DNA of 64,000 bases from Octopus vulgaris (GCA_951406725.2 OX597816.1:99138001-99202000); one strand, 5' to 3'; positions 42,338 to 55,414 are shown, numbered from the stretch's first letter. Numbers and translations are program-made. The notes: generated from the letters alone by a model not told the origin.

Positions 42338-42359
42338 ACATAATGGGTACTGCGCAGCA

Positions 42360-43790
42360 GTAGTAGTAGTAGTAGTGGTAGTAGTGGTAGTACTGGTAGT
42401 AGTGTTTCACACAACAACATCGTAGAGGAATGTAACGAAGATTCATCTGTCCGTAACTAGTGAATAAGTTTACGCTTTTCGTTAGACCTACAGAACTTTG
42501 CAGAGGATTCCTACAGTTTGAAACTAAACTATTTCCTTGGTATGCCCTATCTTCACATTTACTCTTATTGTTCAATCCAGTTTGTGAGATTCGTAAGTAT
42601 AGCTCCCAAGGCTCCAACTCTCACCTTCTTAAATGACCACAATCCTTTTATTTTCTAATTATAATCATCATATCTGACGTGCTTGTCTATTCTTTTCGAT
42701 AGCCAGCTATCACATGGTCGTGTGATTAGATTAGTTTCTTTCCTCTTTACTCATAACTACTACATCCAATTTTTGATGTTCAACGTCATGATTGTTATGT
42801 TCCACTTTATCTTTATCTTGTCATTCCCAATTCCTACTCCAGAGGTTTGATCGTGTAACGTCTTTACTCCATTTGATACATACTTGCCACGCAGCTCCAA
42901 TGAATTATTCTTTCAAAATTATAGTATTTTCTTTTGTATTCTTTTATGGACCATCATTATCAATGTGCCATAGAGCCTCACATTTATCACCGCAAAAACT
43001 GAACTTGTAACCTTCTACTGTATTGTTGATCCTACTTTTGGTGTAATTTGTCCTAAATGCTTGTTTACCTGCAACACAGATAAGAGCTTCTCTTTCTGAC
43101 TTCACGTTTCTCTTTCTAAACCAGTGCCATTGTACATCGTCATCAGTATTCCTGCTCACATTGCTCATAGATATTTTCTGTTATCTTTCATACTAGTTTA
43201 TTGTTCTCTGCACACCCTTTTCTCCATGAAAGTATCAGTCCTGACTATGCCAAATGGTCTCACCTGAACCAACAAGGGTTCTATGGTTCTCTTGATATAC
43301 CACGGCAAGCCATTTTCTTCGATGCATATACAACATTCTTAAATAATAGAAGGTTGATCTTTTGTTGTTTCCTCTTACATTCATATCTAGATGTTACTTT
43401 TTTAAATAGCAATATTAAAGTAATCATACATCAAACAAGAAAGAGCGATGTACTAACACATTGGAAGATCCCTCTTTTGATTCTTGCCGTTCTAGCTTCT
43501 ATTCATATGATGTGAGCTCAGTCTTCCAGCTTTCCATGGCTTTTATCAAACAACTCCTGATATTCTTTGCCATCCACAACATGTTCAAACATTCAATGAT
43601 CCATGAATGTAGTATCATGTCATAGGCCTTGCGGTTATCTATAGAAGTCACTGCAAAATTTGCCTTCTTTCGCGTACAGCCTTTCATTATTTTATCTAAG
43701 AGTAGCTGGTCTTTAGATACCTGCATACCTTTTTTGTGGCATCCTGTCAGCTCCTTTATGCACGAGGCCCAGCTGCTTTCCATTAACACA
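42360..43790 (-). mobile_element. Second decayed R4/Dong-type element, internally deleted, (CTA)n tail
   Basis: KDQLLLDK...IDNRKAYDMILHSWIIECL, KSEREALICVAGKQAFRTNY, a decayed CCHC (FSFCGDKCEALWHI), a REL-like LDVVVMSK and a terminal TVGILCKVL, followed by a 3' UTR and (CTA)n. Confidence 0.85.
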
Positions 43791-44082
43791 TCTTAGCTTC
43801 TTACTTGTTGCATACTTTCATTTTCAATTCCAATTTTCTCTTGGGGAATCCAGAATACATATAGGTACATTTCTGATCCTATTTAAATGGAATCTTCCCA
43901 CTTCTATTTACTGTAGATGGACTGCTCCCAACTATTAATTACAGACACGACTGTTTCCCTGAAAATAATGCAACAGTCGTCACAGCCTTTAATTAACTGA
44001 CAAAGATGACTTTAATTGCACACTTTGGTAGAATAGGTTTTCTTCTATTGTAATACTTTTCCGCTTCTTCTTCATTACTGGC

Positions 44083-44122
<40 letters not shown>

Positions 44123-44138
44123 ATATATAAATATATAA

Positions 44139-44322
44139 AAAAACAGTTGCAGCGTGGAAGGTGTTTATAAGCCATTTAAGAGACCGCGACCTGCTGCACG
44201 GAATTTTGTCAGTGAAAAGGTCACGGTCTTAAAGTGACGAAGATATTTTGGCAAAGTGAATCTAACGGTTTTTGTGTGTTTCTTAAATGGCTTATAAACA
44301 CCTTCCCCGCTGCAATTGTTTT
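44139..44322. repeat. Inverted-repeat element (43 bp outer arms plus inner hairpin) beside a microsatellite
   Basis: AAAACAGTTGCAGCGTGGAAGGTGTTTATAAGCCATTTAAGA versus TCTTAAATGGCTTATAAACACCTTCCCCGCTGCAATTGTTTT; inner AGACCGCGACCT/AGGTCACGGTCT. Confidence 0.85.
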
Positions 44323-44417
44323 CGTTCCAGCACACGATCTCAGATCAGGTCACTTGGTATGCATCTCCGTAATATATATATGTATGTATGTATATACGTA
44401 CACCTGCACTCTCTCTC

Positions 44418-44625
44418 TTTTACTCTTTTACTTGTTTCAGCCACTCGACTGCGGCCATGCTGGACCACCTCCTCCAGTCGAGCAAATAGACCTCTATGTA
44501 AGCCCAGTACTTATTCTATCGGTCTCCCTTGCCGAACCGCTAGGCGACGGGGACGCAAACACACCAGCATCGGCTGTCAAGCAATGCTAGGGGGACAAAC
44601 ACAGACACATAAACACATATACATC

Positions 44626-44686
<61 letters not shown>

Positions 44687-44850
44687 GACAGGCTTCTTTT
44701 TGTTTCTGTCTACCAAATCCACTCACAAGGCATTGGTCGGCCCGGGGCTATAGCAGATGACACTTGCCCAAGATGCCACGCAGTGGGACTGAACCCGGAA
44801 CCATGTGGCTGGTTAGCAAGCTACTTACCACACAGCCACTCCTGCGCCTA
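44418..44850 (-). mobile_element. tRNA-derived SINE family A, full length
   Basis: Minus strand starts TAGGCGCAGGAGTGGCTGTGTGGTAAG...GGTTCCGGGTTCAGTCCC; internal (TA)n at ~44631-44685; A-rich 3' tail. Confidence 0.9.
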
Positions 44851-44923
44851 CTATGCTTTGTATATGAATGAATGGACCTTCGGCTAAATAAAGTTGAAAA
44901 AAATGCGTATCAGTTTTATTATT

Positions 44924-45335
44924 AAGGCGGTGATCTAGCAGAATCGTTAGCAATCATTGGGAAATGATAAGCGGCATTTCGTTCGTCTTTATGTTGTGAG
45001 TTCAAATTCTACCGGAGCTGATTTTGCGTTCATGATTTCGGAGTCGATAACATGAGAGCCAGTTGAACACTAGGGTCGATGTACTTGACTTACCCTCTCC
45101 CCGAAATTGTTGATTTTGTGCCAGAATTTGGAACCATTATTATTGTTGTTATGATGACAACTTGGCTGAGTCGTTAACAGAAAATACTTAGAAGTATTTT
45201 CCCCATCTCTTTATGTTCCGAGTTCAATTGCCAGCAAGGTCGATTTGTACCATTTTTCTGGGATCGTTGTAATTGAATAGCCGCATCCCCTACCCAACAA
45301 AGTTTCAGGCCTTGTCCCCACAGTAGGAAGGATTG
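44924..45335 (+). mobile_element. Two tandem SINE family B copies
   Basis: AAGGCGGTGATCTAGCAGAATCGTTAGC...GAGTTCAAATTC (44924-45137) and a more decayed second copy (~45152-45335), each ending in (ATT)n. Confidence 0.75.
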
Positions 45336-45949
45336 TTATTATTATTATTATTATTGTAATTTATAAATTCTATAGTGTATCGTGGTAATTGATTATGCAA
45401 AGGTTTTATTACCTTTTAAAATGTATAAATCATAAATATATTTTTACTCAGCATGAAAAAGAAAACAAACATCTGCTTTACAGTATTTCTTACAACATTC
45501 ATAAATTTCTTACAAAAGGATAATGGAAATATCTTAACCTCTGCGTGAATCTATGCCATTTCCTTCTTTCTTTTTTCTTTGTGCAAACAAATTTACTTTT
45601 TTCAAAAATGATCACTCTTTTCTGCTTATAAATTTCTAGATTTTTTCTTTTACATTTTCCCACCCGTGTTATTAAATTGATAAGCATTTATCATAAAGTA
45701 TTAGATATTTTATATCAAAATTTTGTAAGTTTTTTCTATGACTGGAATCCTAAAATAACGGTTATTTTAATCCAAGATATTCCCGTACCAATCTATCGTA
45801 AATCTATTGTTAGAAACCAAACAATAAATGTATACTTACATTTGCTTAAATTAACCCCAAACATAGACTGCTCCATTCACGTTATTTATACAAATATATT
45901 CCTCTTCATGGCGCCAATCTTTTAACCTTACGTCATTTGACGCTGCTTA

Positions 45950-46500
45950 CACTCGGCATTCAACATTCAACATTCTCTTTTGCTTTCTCGAATGTAAAAC
46001 GCCGACACTTCAGCATACACATTAAATCAACTGATTCAATAAAAACCAATAGGCATAATTTTTTTATGTATTTATTAATTCTCTCCAACATCAATGTGTT
46101 TTTTCAAGAAACTCTGATTTGGTTTGGGTTATGCTATATTCGCCAGAATTTTATTATCTGGTCGATAGTTTTCAAAGAAATTCGGACCTAACGTTTATTT
46201 CATCACATACTTGTCAAATACAAATGTTCTTGGTCAAAGACCGTGAAGAAGACAGAAAAAGGAATCTCATACTACTGATTCAACATGTCACTGTTGAATT
46301 TTTTCATAAAGGAGTACCGTAGGACTGAATTTCTAGATTCGAGTAACCCATGAGTGATATTCTTACCAAGTAATATTTCATTCCTCGTTGGTTGAGGTTT
46401 TGTAGAATATCTCTCTAAATAAATATGCCATTTCATCTCTTGACCTTTAAGTAATAGGAGAATACAGGCACGATCTACTGCCGACATACATTCATGTAAT
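45950..46500 (-). pseudogene. Possible hAT-like (DUF659-associated) transposase remnant
   Basis: Minus strand ...ESVDLMCMLKCRRFTFEK resembles the C-terminal TSVDVERSFS.YK.IL...RRSFTFENL; upstream PQPTR resembles P.P..TRWG; very decayed. Confidence 0.35.
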
Positions 46501-46641
46501 TTCAAAATGCATACACTAACAAATAGGTGTATTGAAATGAACGTCTTTGTGACGGTTCTAGTTATTTTTTGTGTGTCTAACTTGGAAACAAACTCGAGAA
46601 CAGTATAAGGTAAACATGGATATAATATTCATTTACAGGTT

Positions 46642-46857
46642 TAAGGCAGTGAGCGGAAAGAACCGTTAGCACATCGGGCTAAATGGTTAGCGGCATTTCG
46701 TTCGTCTTTACGTTCTGAGCTGAAATTCTACCGAGGTCGACATTCCTTTTCGTCCTTTCTTAGTCTTTAGAATAAGTACCAGTTGAGTACTGATGTCAAT
46801 GCTTTCAATTTATCACACAACTAAAATTGTTGGTGATGTGCCAAAATTGAAACCAAT
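46642..46857 (+). mobile_element. SINE family B
   Basis: TAAGGCAGTGAGCGG...CGGCATTTCGTTCGTCTTTACGTTCTGAG...GAGGTCGAC...AATAAGTACCAGTTGAG...GTGCCAAAATTGAAACC. Confidence 0.75.
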
Positions 46858-47118
46858 ATTCATGTACTATCTTGGACATTTGGCTGGGGCTATACTGCAA
46901 TACCATATTAAAATGCGGTAATGCAGTACAATCCCCGTCAAATAGAAACAAATAGAAACAATAAATGTTAACATTTATATTGGTACTCGTATGTATCTCA
47001 ATCTAGTACATGTTTCATCATTCTCTTATTTCTTAAATTGCTAAATTACAATATCTAACGTAAAACAATTCAAACGAGATGCTCACGCTGGCATATGCGC
47101 ACAAAAATATGTATACGA

Positions 47119-47149
<31 letters not shown>

Positions 47150-47150
47150 T

Positions 47151-47353
47151 ATTCAACAATATAAGGAATGGCCATATAGGACATTCGACTCACTAGAAAG
47201 AGCAGCCAAACTCAAACCGCTAAATAGTTGTAATTCTGAAAACGTTTTTATTTCTCTTTCTATTTCAGAATTACAACTATTTAGCGGTTTCAGTTTGGCT
47301 GCTCTTTCTAGTGAGTCGAATGTCCTATATGGCCATCCCTTATATTGTTGAAT
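47151..47353. repeat. Long near-perfect palindrome (91 bp arms, 21 nt loop) directly after (TA)n
   Basis: 47151-47241 is the reverse complement of 47263-47353 with about 2 mismatches. Confidence 0.92.
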
Positions 47354-48926
47354 GTATATTATATAGTCTTTGACTATTTTTTCTTTCTCACTAAACCGCT
47401 GGTAGCGGAGAATTTTTTCTATAATTTTTTGGTACCCTTATATTTATTTATTATATATATATATATATTCGTATACATAGGTAGATATAAAGATACGGAC
47501 ATAGAAAAGTTAGGGTGTCTATGCATAAAAGGAGTTAATACTAGCTGATTAATGGACTTAATATAATCATAGAGTCTAATGTTTGTAGCTTAATAAGCTT
47601 ATCTAAACTGACATCAAAGTTTTTACTAGACACTGTTTGATTTAGCTATACTTTTGGGTAGCTAGAGTGCTTGCTGTTTCGATCTTACCATCTTTCCTTA
47701 AACACTATGCACAGACGTTTTCTAGCTTTAGCAGTAGTGATTAGAAAGCAAAGTAGTGATTGAAATAGTGAGGATAGTGACAGAGTTGGAAACCATTTAA
47801 TGGCTGGGACTTGATTGTGTCGTGATCTTGGGAAGAGTGAGTTGGCTAGTGCCATTGGTGTTGTTTGTTGGTGGGTTATGAGAAATGGCGTTAAAAAAGG
47901 TAACTCATGTTACTTGACAATAGTTAGTACTGATTATAGTGTTTTTCTTCAATACAGTTCATACCAGTGTGAAACTATAACAATTCACAACCACACATAC
48001 CACATATGTGAATATGTGTATATGCATGTGTGTGTGTGTGTGTGCGCGCGTGCGTGTGAGTGTTTGTGTGTGTGCATGTATATAGATTTTTTTTTTATAT
48101 GAATCTATATGTGTTTATATGTGTGTGCATATTTATATACATGTATATATGTGTGTGTGTGTGAGTGTCTGTATACGCCCCATATGTATGTGTGTATATG
48201 TAATTGCTTGGATGAAACTTGATTTCAGTAAATATTTATATTCAACTAAACACTAACAATTCATGCTACATCACAAACAACATTCAGCTGAGGTCATTGA
48301 ATATAATTGATTCCAGTTTCTATGGTGATATATTGACGAAATTCACCTCAATAGAAATATTATTGGCGTTTGGCACTAAGTCACAAATGAGGTCAAATGT
48401 CTAATTGATTGAACATATAGCTTCAATTGTACTGTTTGCAGATATTTCTATAGAATCACTAACTTCAACAACGATATTTTTGTTGTTTTAGAAAAGGAAA
48501 CGAACTTCCGTGATGCAGAAACAATTTTTTTCTTCTTTCCTCATTTTCTAGTTCCTTTAATGATTTCAATTACGTATTCAGCGGAACATAAGAGTGTCTT
48601 GTTTTCATTGTAAGTATTTGTCAGCAGAAAGAAAATTAGAGACAATGAGAAACCATGCGAAACCAATGTTTTCCATAAAATCTAATCCTATTGACTCAGA
48701 GAACTTCTTTGAGATTCTATAGAAAATAAAAGAACCCAAACTGTAAAAATATAAGAAACATCTCAGAAATGCATATATTTTCAAACGCTTAAATAATTTG
48801 TAAGATACTATGGCGGGCTTGCGTTTCATAGTCTTAAATTTTAAGTTTATTTAAAATGAGATCATCTTTATTCTTAGTTACACTGACATTATTTTATGCC
48901 GATGATTACAACTTCAGAAGATCCGG

Positions 48927-49071
48927 TAGGTCGACTTTACCTTTCATCCTTTCGGGGTCGATAAATTAAGTACCAGTTACGCACTGGGGTCGATGTAATC
49001 GACTTAATACCTATGTCTGTCCTTGTTTGTCCCCTCTGTGTTTAGCCCCTTGTGGGTAATAAAGAAATAGG
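48927..49071 (+). mobile_element. 5'-truncated, low-divergence SINE sharing the family B core
   Basis: AGGTCGACTTTACCTTTCATCCTTTCGGGGTCGATAAATTAAGTACCAG...GGGGTCGATGTAATCGAC, with a different 3' tail (...GCCCCTTGTGGGTAATAAAGAAATA). Confidence 0.75.
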
Positions 49072-49706
49072 TATATATTCCTAACAAGTGGGTAGCTCAA
49101 ATACCCAACAAGATACTTAAATGTCAACGTTAGTCTAATAAATAGTATGGTGCCCTAGTAAGATAACTATTTTCTATCCTTAATATGAAAATTGTCGATT
49201 ATATTAAAATTGAATATTTTGCTATATTTGAGTGTATTAGATATTAGCATACCACACGGAAGTTTAGAAATGTCACAAGTGTTATCGAAAACCAAATCTG
49301 CAAACAATATGTCGAAAATTCGCTTTTTGTAAGCTTCATTCCGGTACTTGAATTAAGATATCATTTACTCTTAACATATCAGTCGTAACAATAAAATTAA
49401 TGGTATTTGTATGTTTTAGAAGACATAACAGTCACAATTTACAATACGCTAAGAGATTCAGATAACAAAAACGAATTGAATTTTGAAGAAACCAGTCAAC
49501 CTTCGTCTATATATCTTCTCAGAAAGCTCAACTATTAAAGGAACTCTCAATTATATTAATAAATTCTCTAATTCATAGGCTACTCACCATCTTTGTTATA
49601 CTATCTTGTTAGTTACTGACATATTCATTATATATGTATGGTTATAAATTACGTTTGTCCTTCTATACCCTCAGCATGAATATATATACATATATATATT
49701 TGTGTG

Positions 49707-49737
<31 letters not shown>

Positions 49738-51579
49738 GAGAGCATTTATTCAAGATTTCTTTTATTTGCTTAAGTTACGAAATCCTCAACTACCCTAAAC
49801 GAAATACTGTACATTTTCTTAAAACAATACTGACGTTTATAAAATTCTCAATCGATCCAAACTAACATAAAAATGATAACAAGCCAAAGAAGTTAAAATA
49901 TCATTACTATATTATCTTCAACAGCTACTGCTGTATGACCTTAAGTGAATATCTTATGATACGCTTTACCGCACAATGCAAGTTCACTTATAGCCTAGAC
50001 AGATACTTATACGGACGCGTGACTTACGTGAAATTCCAGCCAAATCTCCTTCCCACTGTCTCAAAAATATAGGGGCATATATGATATTGAAGTCCAAGAT
50101 GCATCGGATGTAGATTACAGTCCAGATAGAAGTGGATAGAATTTTTTTTAATTATGCTGTTTTCCGAATCAGGCCTTCCTTGACGGAATTGGAAAGCTTT
50201 TCTAAGACACCAGAATGCTATCCAGATATATCTGATTTCTAAACCATGATAAAATTCAGAATAAAATTTAATACACACACACTCACAAACAAAGAAACAA
50301 ACACACACACATCTATGAGAAGTTATGATAAACAACTGTTTATATTATTTGTTCCTAACGTACGTTTCACCGTTGTGGTTGTTTGGAACAACTACATTGT
50401 ATGTTTCAAGCAACGGGATGTTTCACTACATCTAACTATACACACAATATATACTGTGTATATAAGTATATAATGTATAATAGATAATAGGTAGATAGAT
50501 AGAAAGTTAGATAGATAGACAGGCAGATAGATAGATAAATAGAAAGACAGGCAGAAAGACATACATACATACATGAACGGACGAACGGGTGAATGGATGG
50601 ATGGATGGATGATGGACACATACTTTCTTTTTTCATCATCATATAAAAATGTTATTGAAGAGAAAATTCACTGAGTCTAAACCAACATTTAAAAATCAAT
50701 TCGAATACATAATCTACGTTACACAAAGAATGTAGGCGTACGCCTATGTGTGCATGTGCTATGTATATATATGCATGCTTTTGTTCGGGAAAACGTGCCC
50801 CATGTCAATCACGTGTGAGAAGACAGAACAAATTATTCCACTGGAATTCAGGCGTCACGTCTTCTATATAGAACGGGACTAATGAAAGATAACATCAAAA
50901 TCATTAATACTCTAAGGTTTCCTTGTATGTTCCCGTCCACCTGAATTATAAAAAATTTACCAATAAATCAGTATGTAATAGGTTAATTGATTATTTTCTT
51001 CCTTTCTTTTTCTTTTTCCAATTGTTCCATTTTATTGTTCGTTGCAGCTCGATAAAGATGTGTGTCCACACATGTACACACATACATACACAGAGCTAGG
51101 ATCGAATACTGACATGGAAAGATGCGTATATATAACCACACGCAATCACACACACTCACATATACACCCATATATATGTATGTATATATGCATGTATATA
51201 TGTATGTATACATATATGTATGTATGTATATATGCATGTATACATATATATATGTATGTATGTATATGTATGTATATTTAGCACCGTGCACTCATACACA
51301 GACATAGACAAACCAACACATTCTAATACAGTTGTATATTATTCTGTATCGGTGATGGTTGCGTAGCATTGGTGAATTAGTAAGATGTGCCATGTGCAAA
51401 TGGTGTGAATGATTTGCACAACCGCAATGGATTATGTCAATACAGATTCCAATGGTGTTCCACTGGTTTCTTACCAAGTGGAACACAGAACAATAGAGAC
51501 ACAAATCTATAAGATTTCACAGAACTGAAAACATTGAATAACAATAATAACAACAACAACAATAATGACGGTGATTAAA

Positions 51580-51616
<37 letters not shown>

Positions 51617-51969
51617 GATGATAATAGCTGAGTGTACAACAGCATTCATCTGGGAGAGTAGTTAAGGAGTAAGAATCAATCAATACACGTTCACACATGT
51701 GACTGCCTTAGAACAATGGTGTAACACAGTCACACAAACACGCAAATATGCACGTACACACACACAAATACGAACATATACGCATGTACAGGCGTCTTCA
51801 CAGTTTTGTGTTTGGCTATCCCAAGTGGAGTTAGCGCACGAATATCTGCAATGGTGGGTATGTTTAAAGACACAGCTATAAATACATAAACATATATGTT
51901 CTCAGGTATATATATAATATATATATATGCATGTTTATGTGCCTGTGCACGTGCCTGTGTCTATACCTG

Positions 51970-52018
<49 letters not shown>

Positions 52019-52229
52019 TCTTCTTTTAGAAAGCTATAAACAATAGTATGTAAATACGCCAGTTCACTCCCTCAAGCTCACACGCACACATATTCATTTC
52101 AATGTGATTATTTACATGTTCATATGTACATATGTCTACATGTTTGCTCTGTTTGTGTAGACTGATGTCAGAAAATACACGTTGATTAGTTAGATTGTTC
52201 TTACGTATATATATTCATATGTGTGTATG

Positions 52230-52310
<81 letters not shown>

Positions 52311-52365
52311 CAACAAACCCAAGGCTGTGTGGAATTTTCAGGACATTTATGAAGAGAATGTTTGT

Positions 52366-52409
52366 CTTACAGTTGTTTCTGGGATATTCGGGATACCCCT
52401 TCATCAAAG
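52366..52409 (-). ncRNA. Degenerate type-I hammerhead motif
   Basis: Minus strand: CT-TTGATGA-A-GGGGTAT.CCCGA.ATATCCC-A-GAAA-CAACTG-TA-AG. 7 bp stem II, C3U change, short stem I; lies about 60 bp from a long (TA)n. Confidence 0.55.
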
Positions 52410-54352
52410 GGGATGTGGGATGGTTAAATAGATAGAAATATTAGAGTTCAATATGAAGTTTTATTATGGAAAAGGAAGCAAATAAGGAGTATATAGGGAA
52501 ATAGGAGAATGAATGTAGAAGTAAAATATATAAAGATGTTATATTTGCAGTTTCTTCATCCAAAGAAAGTGGTGTGTAGATGTAGCAGAAATGCTTCTTG
52601 TCCATGGTATATAAATTCCAATAAAAGTTCATATTTTGTCATCACAAATGCAAAGTGTGGAGACGTAGATTCCATGTGCTGTTCATTCAAAGGGTCTTGT
52701 GGTGTTGATGAAAATTTGAGAATGTAGTGGTAATATTAAGTGGATAGATAGGGGAGAAGAGATGTGTACGTTAAAATGAAAAGAGAGGTCAAAGGAAAAG
52801 GTGAGAAAAGAAGGAAAGAAAGAGGAAGTGAAAATGAAAACAAGAAGAGAAAATGAGAGAAAATTGCAAGAAAGTGAAAAAAGGGGTGTTAGTTGGTGGT
52901 CAAGGTATTATGAGGGGTATGGAAGAGGAGTAGGGGAGGGGTAGGAAGATACAAGAGTGTAAGAAAGGAATATGTGTGTGGTGGGGTTACAATGGCATTG
53001 AGAGATGGGTACAGAAAAAGGTATAGGGTTGGGTTTTTCTGAAGTGGGTAGTAAAATGCTCAAGTTTCTATAAATAGACTTATGTTTTTATTCTACTGGC
53101 TAATGTAATAGTGTGGGTAGAGGAATTAGAGAGACAGAAAGAAGCGTATATCGATATACGCACGCACACATGTACATATATGTGTGTGCGTATGCATTTT
53201 TATGTAGGCCTGTATACTTGTATAATTAAACCTGTCCACATGCATTTATATATATATATATATACAAACTTCAGTCTTAAAGATCATAGGGACTTAATAA
53301 TTAAACCATCGATACGCCTCATATGCCCTACCAAATCAGACCTGGGATGAATAAGCAAAAATGTTCTAGATAGAATTATACCAATCATCAAGGATTAATT
53401 GAACGTCAACTTATGATCCTGTACAGGTGAATTCATAACATGGTTCCATATCTTAAACGACAAAAACTTTTTTCCTTTCCTTCAATTCGATATAAATAAT
53501 TACTACTCTTCTATTTCTCCCAAACTTCTTAATCAAACGCTTTTTCTAGCTAGGAATCTAATTAACATAAACATTAATGCCCGTAAAACACTTATTTCTT
53601 TTGAGGGGAAACTTTGGCGCCGGCCAACCACTATAACAATAACCATAACAAATTATTTGACATTACTATAGAATCATCTGACAGTTCCTGTATTCCTTTG
53701 TGTATGTATATTTGCCTACTGTGTTGTCATCGTGGTAGTTGTTATTGTTATTGCTATCGTTGGCACCACTGCTGCTTCTAACCGTCTTAGTTGAAGTATC
53801 CTGCGTGTGTGTTACGGATTGGTATGGGTTCGCTTCGTATGTATCCATGCCCTTTATATATCTTTATTTAATTTATCTGCCTCTGTCTTACATTTAGCAT
53901 AGGTATATGACAGATATATTGATATATTTATTGATCTATTTATGTATGTACCTATTTACTTTTTCTATACATCTATCACTATTTCTCATGAGTATCGCAG
54001 TAACGTGTATATATGTCTGTTGTGTATGTATTACCATGTACTTTTCTGTGTATCATTTACGGTTTTTCTTCTTTTTCCTCTATCTTTTCTCATCCCTACT
54101 GCCTTTAGTCATCTGGTGTGATGTGGTGTGGAGTTGGGTGTTACGGTTCCAACCGTGTTTTCCATTGAGGCCCGGTCTGTCTACTGCATGTCATGTCTTA
54201 GGACAGCAGCACCACAATGGGGTGAGAAGATGGGGCTGAAGGGAAGGTCACACTGCTGCTAAAAACTATGACACATTATTTGAATATTCGAAAATACGTT
54301 CCTCATAATCTTACTCGTTATTTACCACCAATAGGTAAAAAAAAATTTCACC

Positions 54353-54456
54353 CTGATGAAATCCGGATACACTGTGGGACTCGTTAACATCTGACATGGT
54401 TCGAATCGTGATGATCCGAAACGATTGTTCACCTAGTAGCCGGATTGAAATATATA
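54353..54456 (+). ncRNA. Hammerhead-like motif with intact core and large stem-II insertion
   Basis: CTGATGA-AATCCGG-(73 nt)-CCGGATT-GAAA-TATA-TA; perfect 7 bp stem II, stem I not convincing. Confidence 0.55.
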
Positions 54457-54759
54457 TGCAGGAATCTTTTTTGATTATTTCTTATGTTGATTCTGGTACT
54501 TTAAATTTTATTTGTATTATACTATTTGATATGTATTCATTGTGATACAAATAAAATTCGATAAGTATCCACTATATTTCTTCTCCGTTTTCTTATATTT
54601 ACTTAAAACTATACTGGAAATTTATCCCTATACATTGAGGAATTTTCTCTTACTATATAAATTGATAACACCAGTTGATAACCAGATTTTTAAAGATCCC
54701 TGACGAGGAAATTACATGCTCATTTTTGACAGTATGTGTGTGGGGGGTGCGTGTGTGTA

Positions 54760-54796
<37 letters not shown>

Positions 54797-54809
54797 CGCG
54801 TATGTGTGC

Positions 54810-55020
54810 GTCTGTGTTTGTACTCCCACCATCACTTGACAACCGATGTTGGCGTGTTTACGTCGCCGAAAATTAGCGGTTCGGTAAAAAAAGCCCGATA
54901 GAATAATTACTAGGCTTACAAAGAATAAGTCCTGGGGTTGATTTGTTCGACTATAAGCGGTGCCCCCAGCATGCAGTCAAAATGACTGAATCAAGAAAAA
55001 GATTAAGAGAAAAAGAAAAG
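54810..55020 (+). mobile_element. SINE family A, 3' half
   Basis: Reverse complement of the 24861-25060 region (TAGGCTTACAAAGAATAAGTCCTGGGGTTGATTTG), preceded by (TG)n. Confidence 0.8.
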
Positions 55021-55026
55021 AATATC

Positions 55027-55057
<31 letters not shown>

Positions 55058-55414
55058 GAATATATTTGTTTATTGACACACTAAAGCAATATATACAATG
55101 CATATATTTGAGCCATCTTAGTTCTGTTCCGCAAATCAGTAGACTTGACCAGTACTTTATGTTGGCCCGCAAGATTTCTGTGGAGCCATCACCCGGCGTA
55201 AGCATAACAGATGATCCAACGAAACTGCAGCGTTATGTACTATGATTTCTACCTACATTTTTACAAGTGTGACACGAAAATGACTGGAAAATATTTACAT
55301 CAAAACTAACAGAACTAAGTATTTAAGAACAAAATGAAGTGAAACAGTAGCCAGGACGAAAGTTAGACATAATTTCTCCTGGAATTATTGCATGCCATAG
55401 CATATAAAAGAACC

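Noticed and set aside
48552-48609. Possible small plus-strand exon (TTTTCTAG...|GTAAGT)
   Set aside because: It is isolated and the peptide is unrecognisable; such signals are common by chance in AT-rich DNA.
50024-50243. Possible minus-strand exon (AG...CAC|GTAAGT) with open frame ...HICPYIFETVGRRFGWNF
   Set aside because: The splice-like signals are good, but there is no recognisable homology or partner exon. It could equally be a decayed Tc1 fragment, so it cannot be supported without RNA-seq or tblastn.
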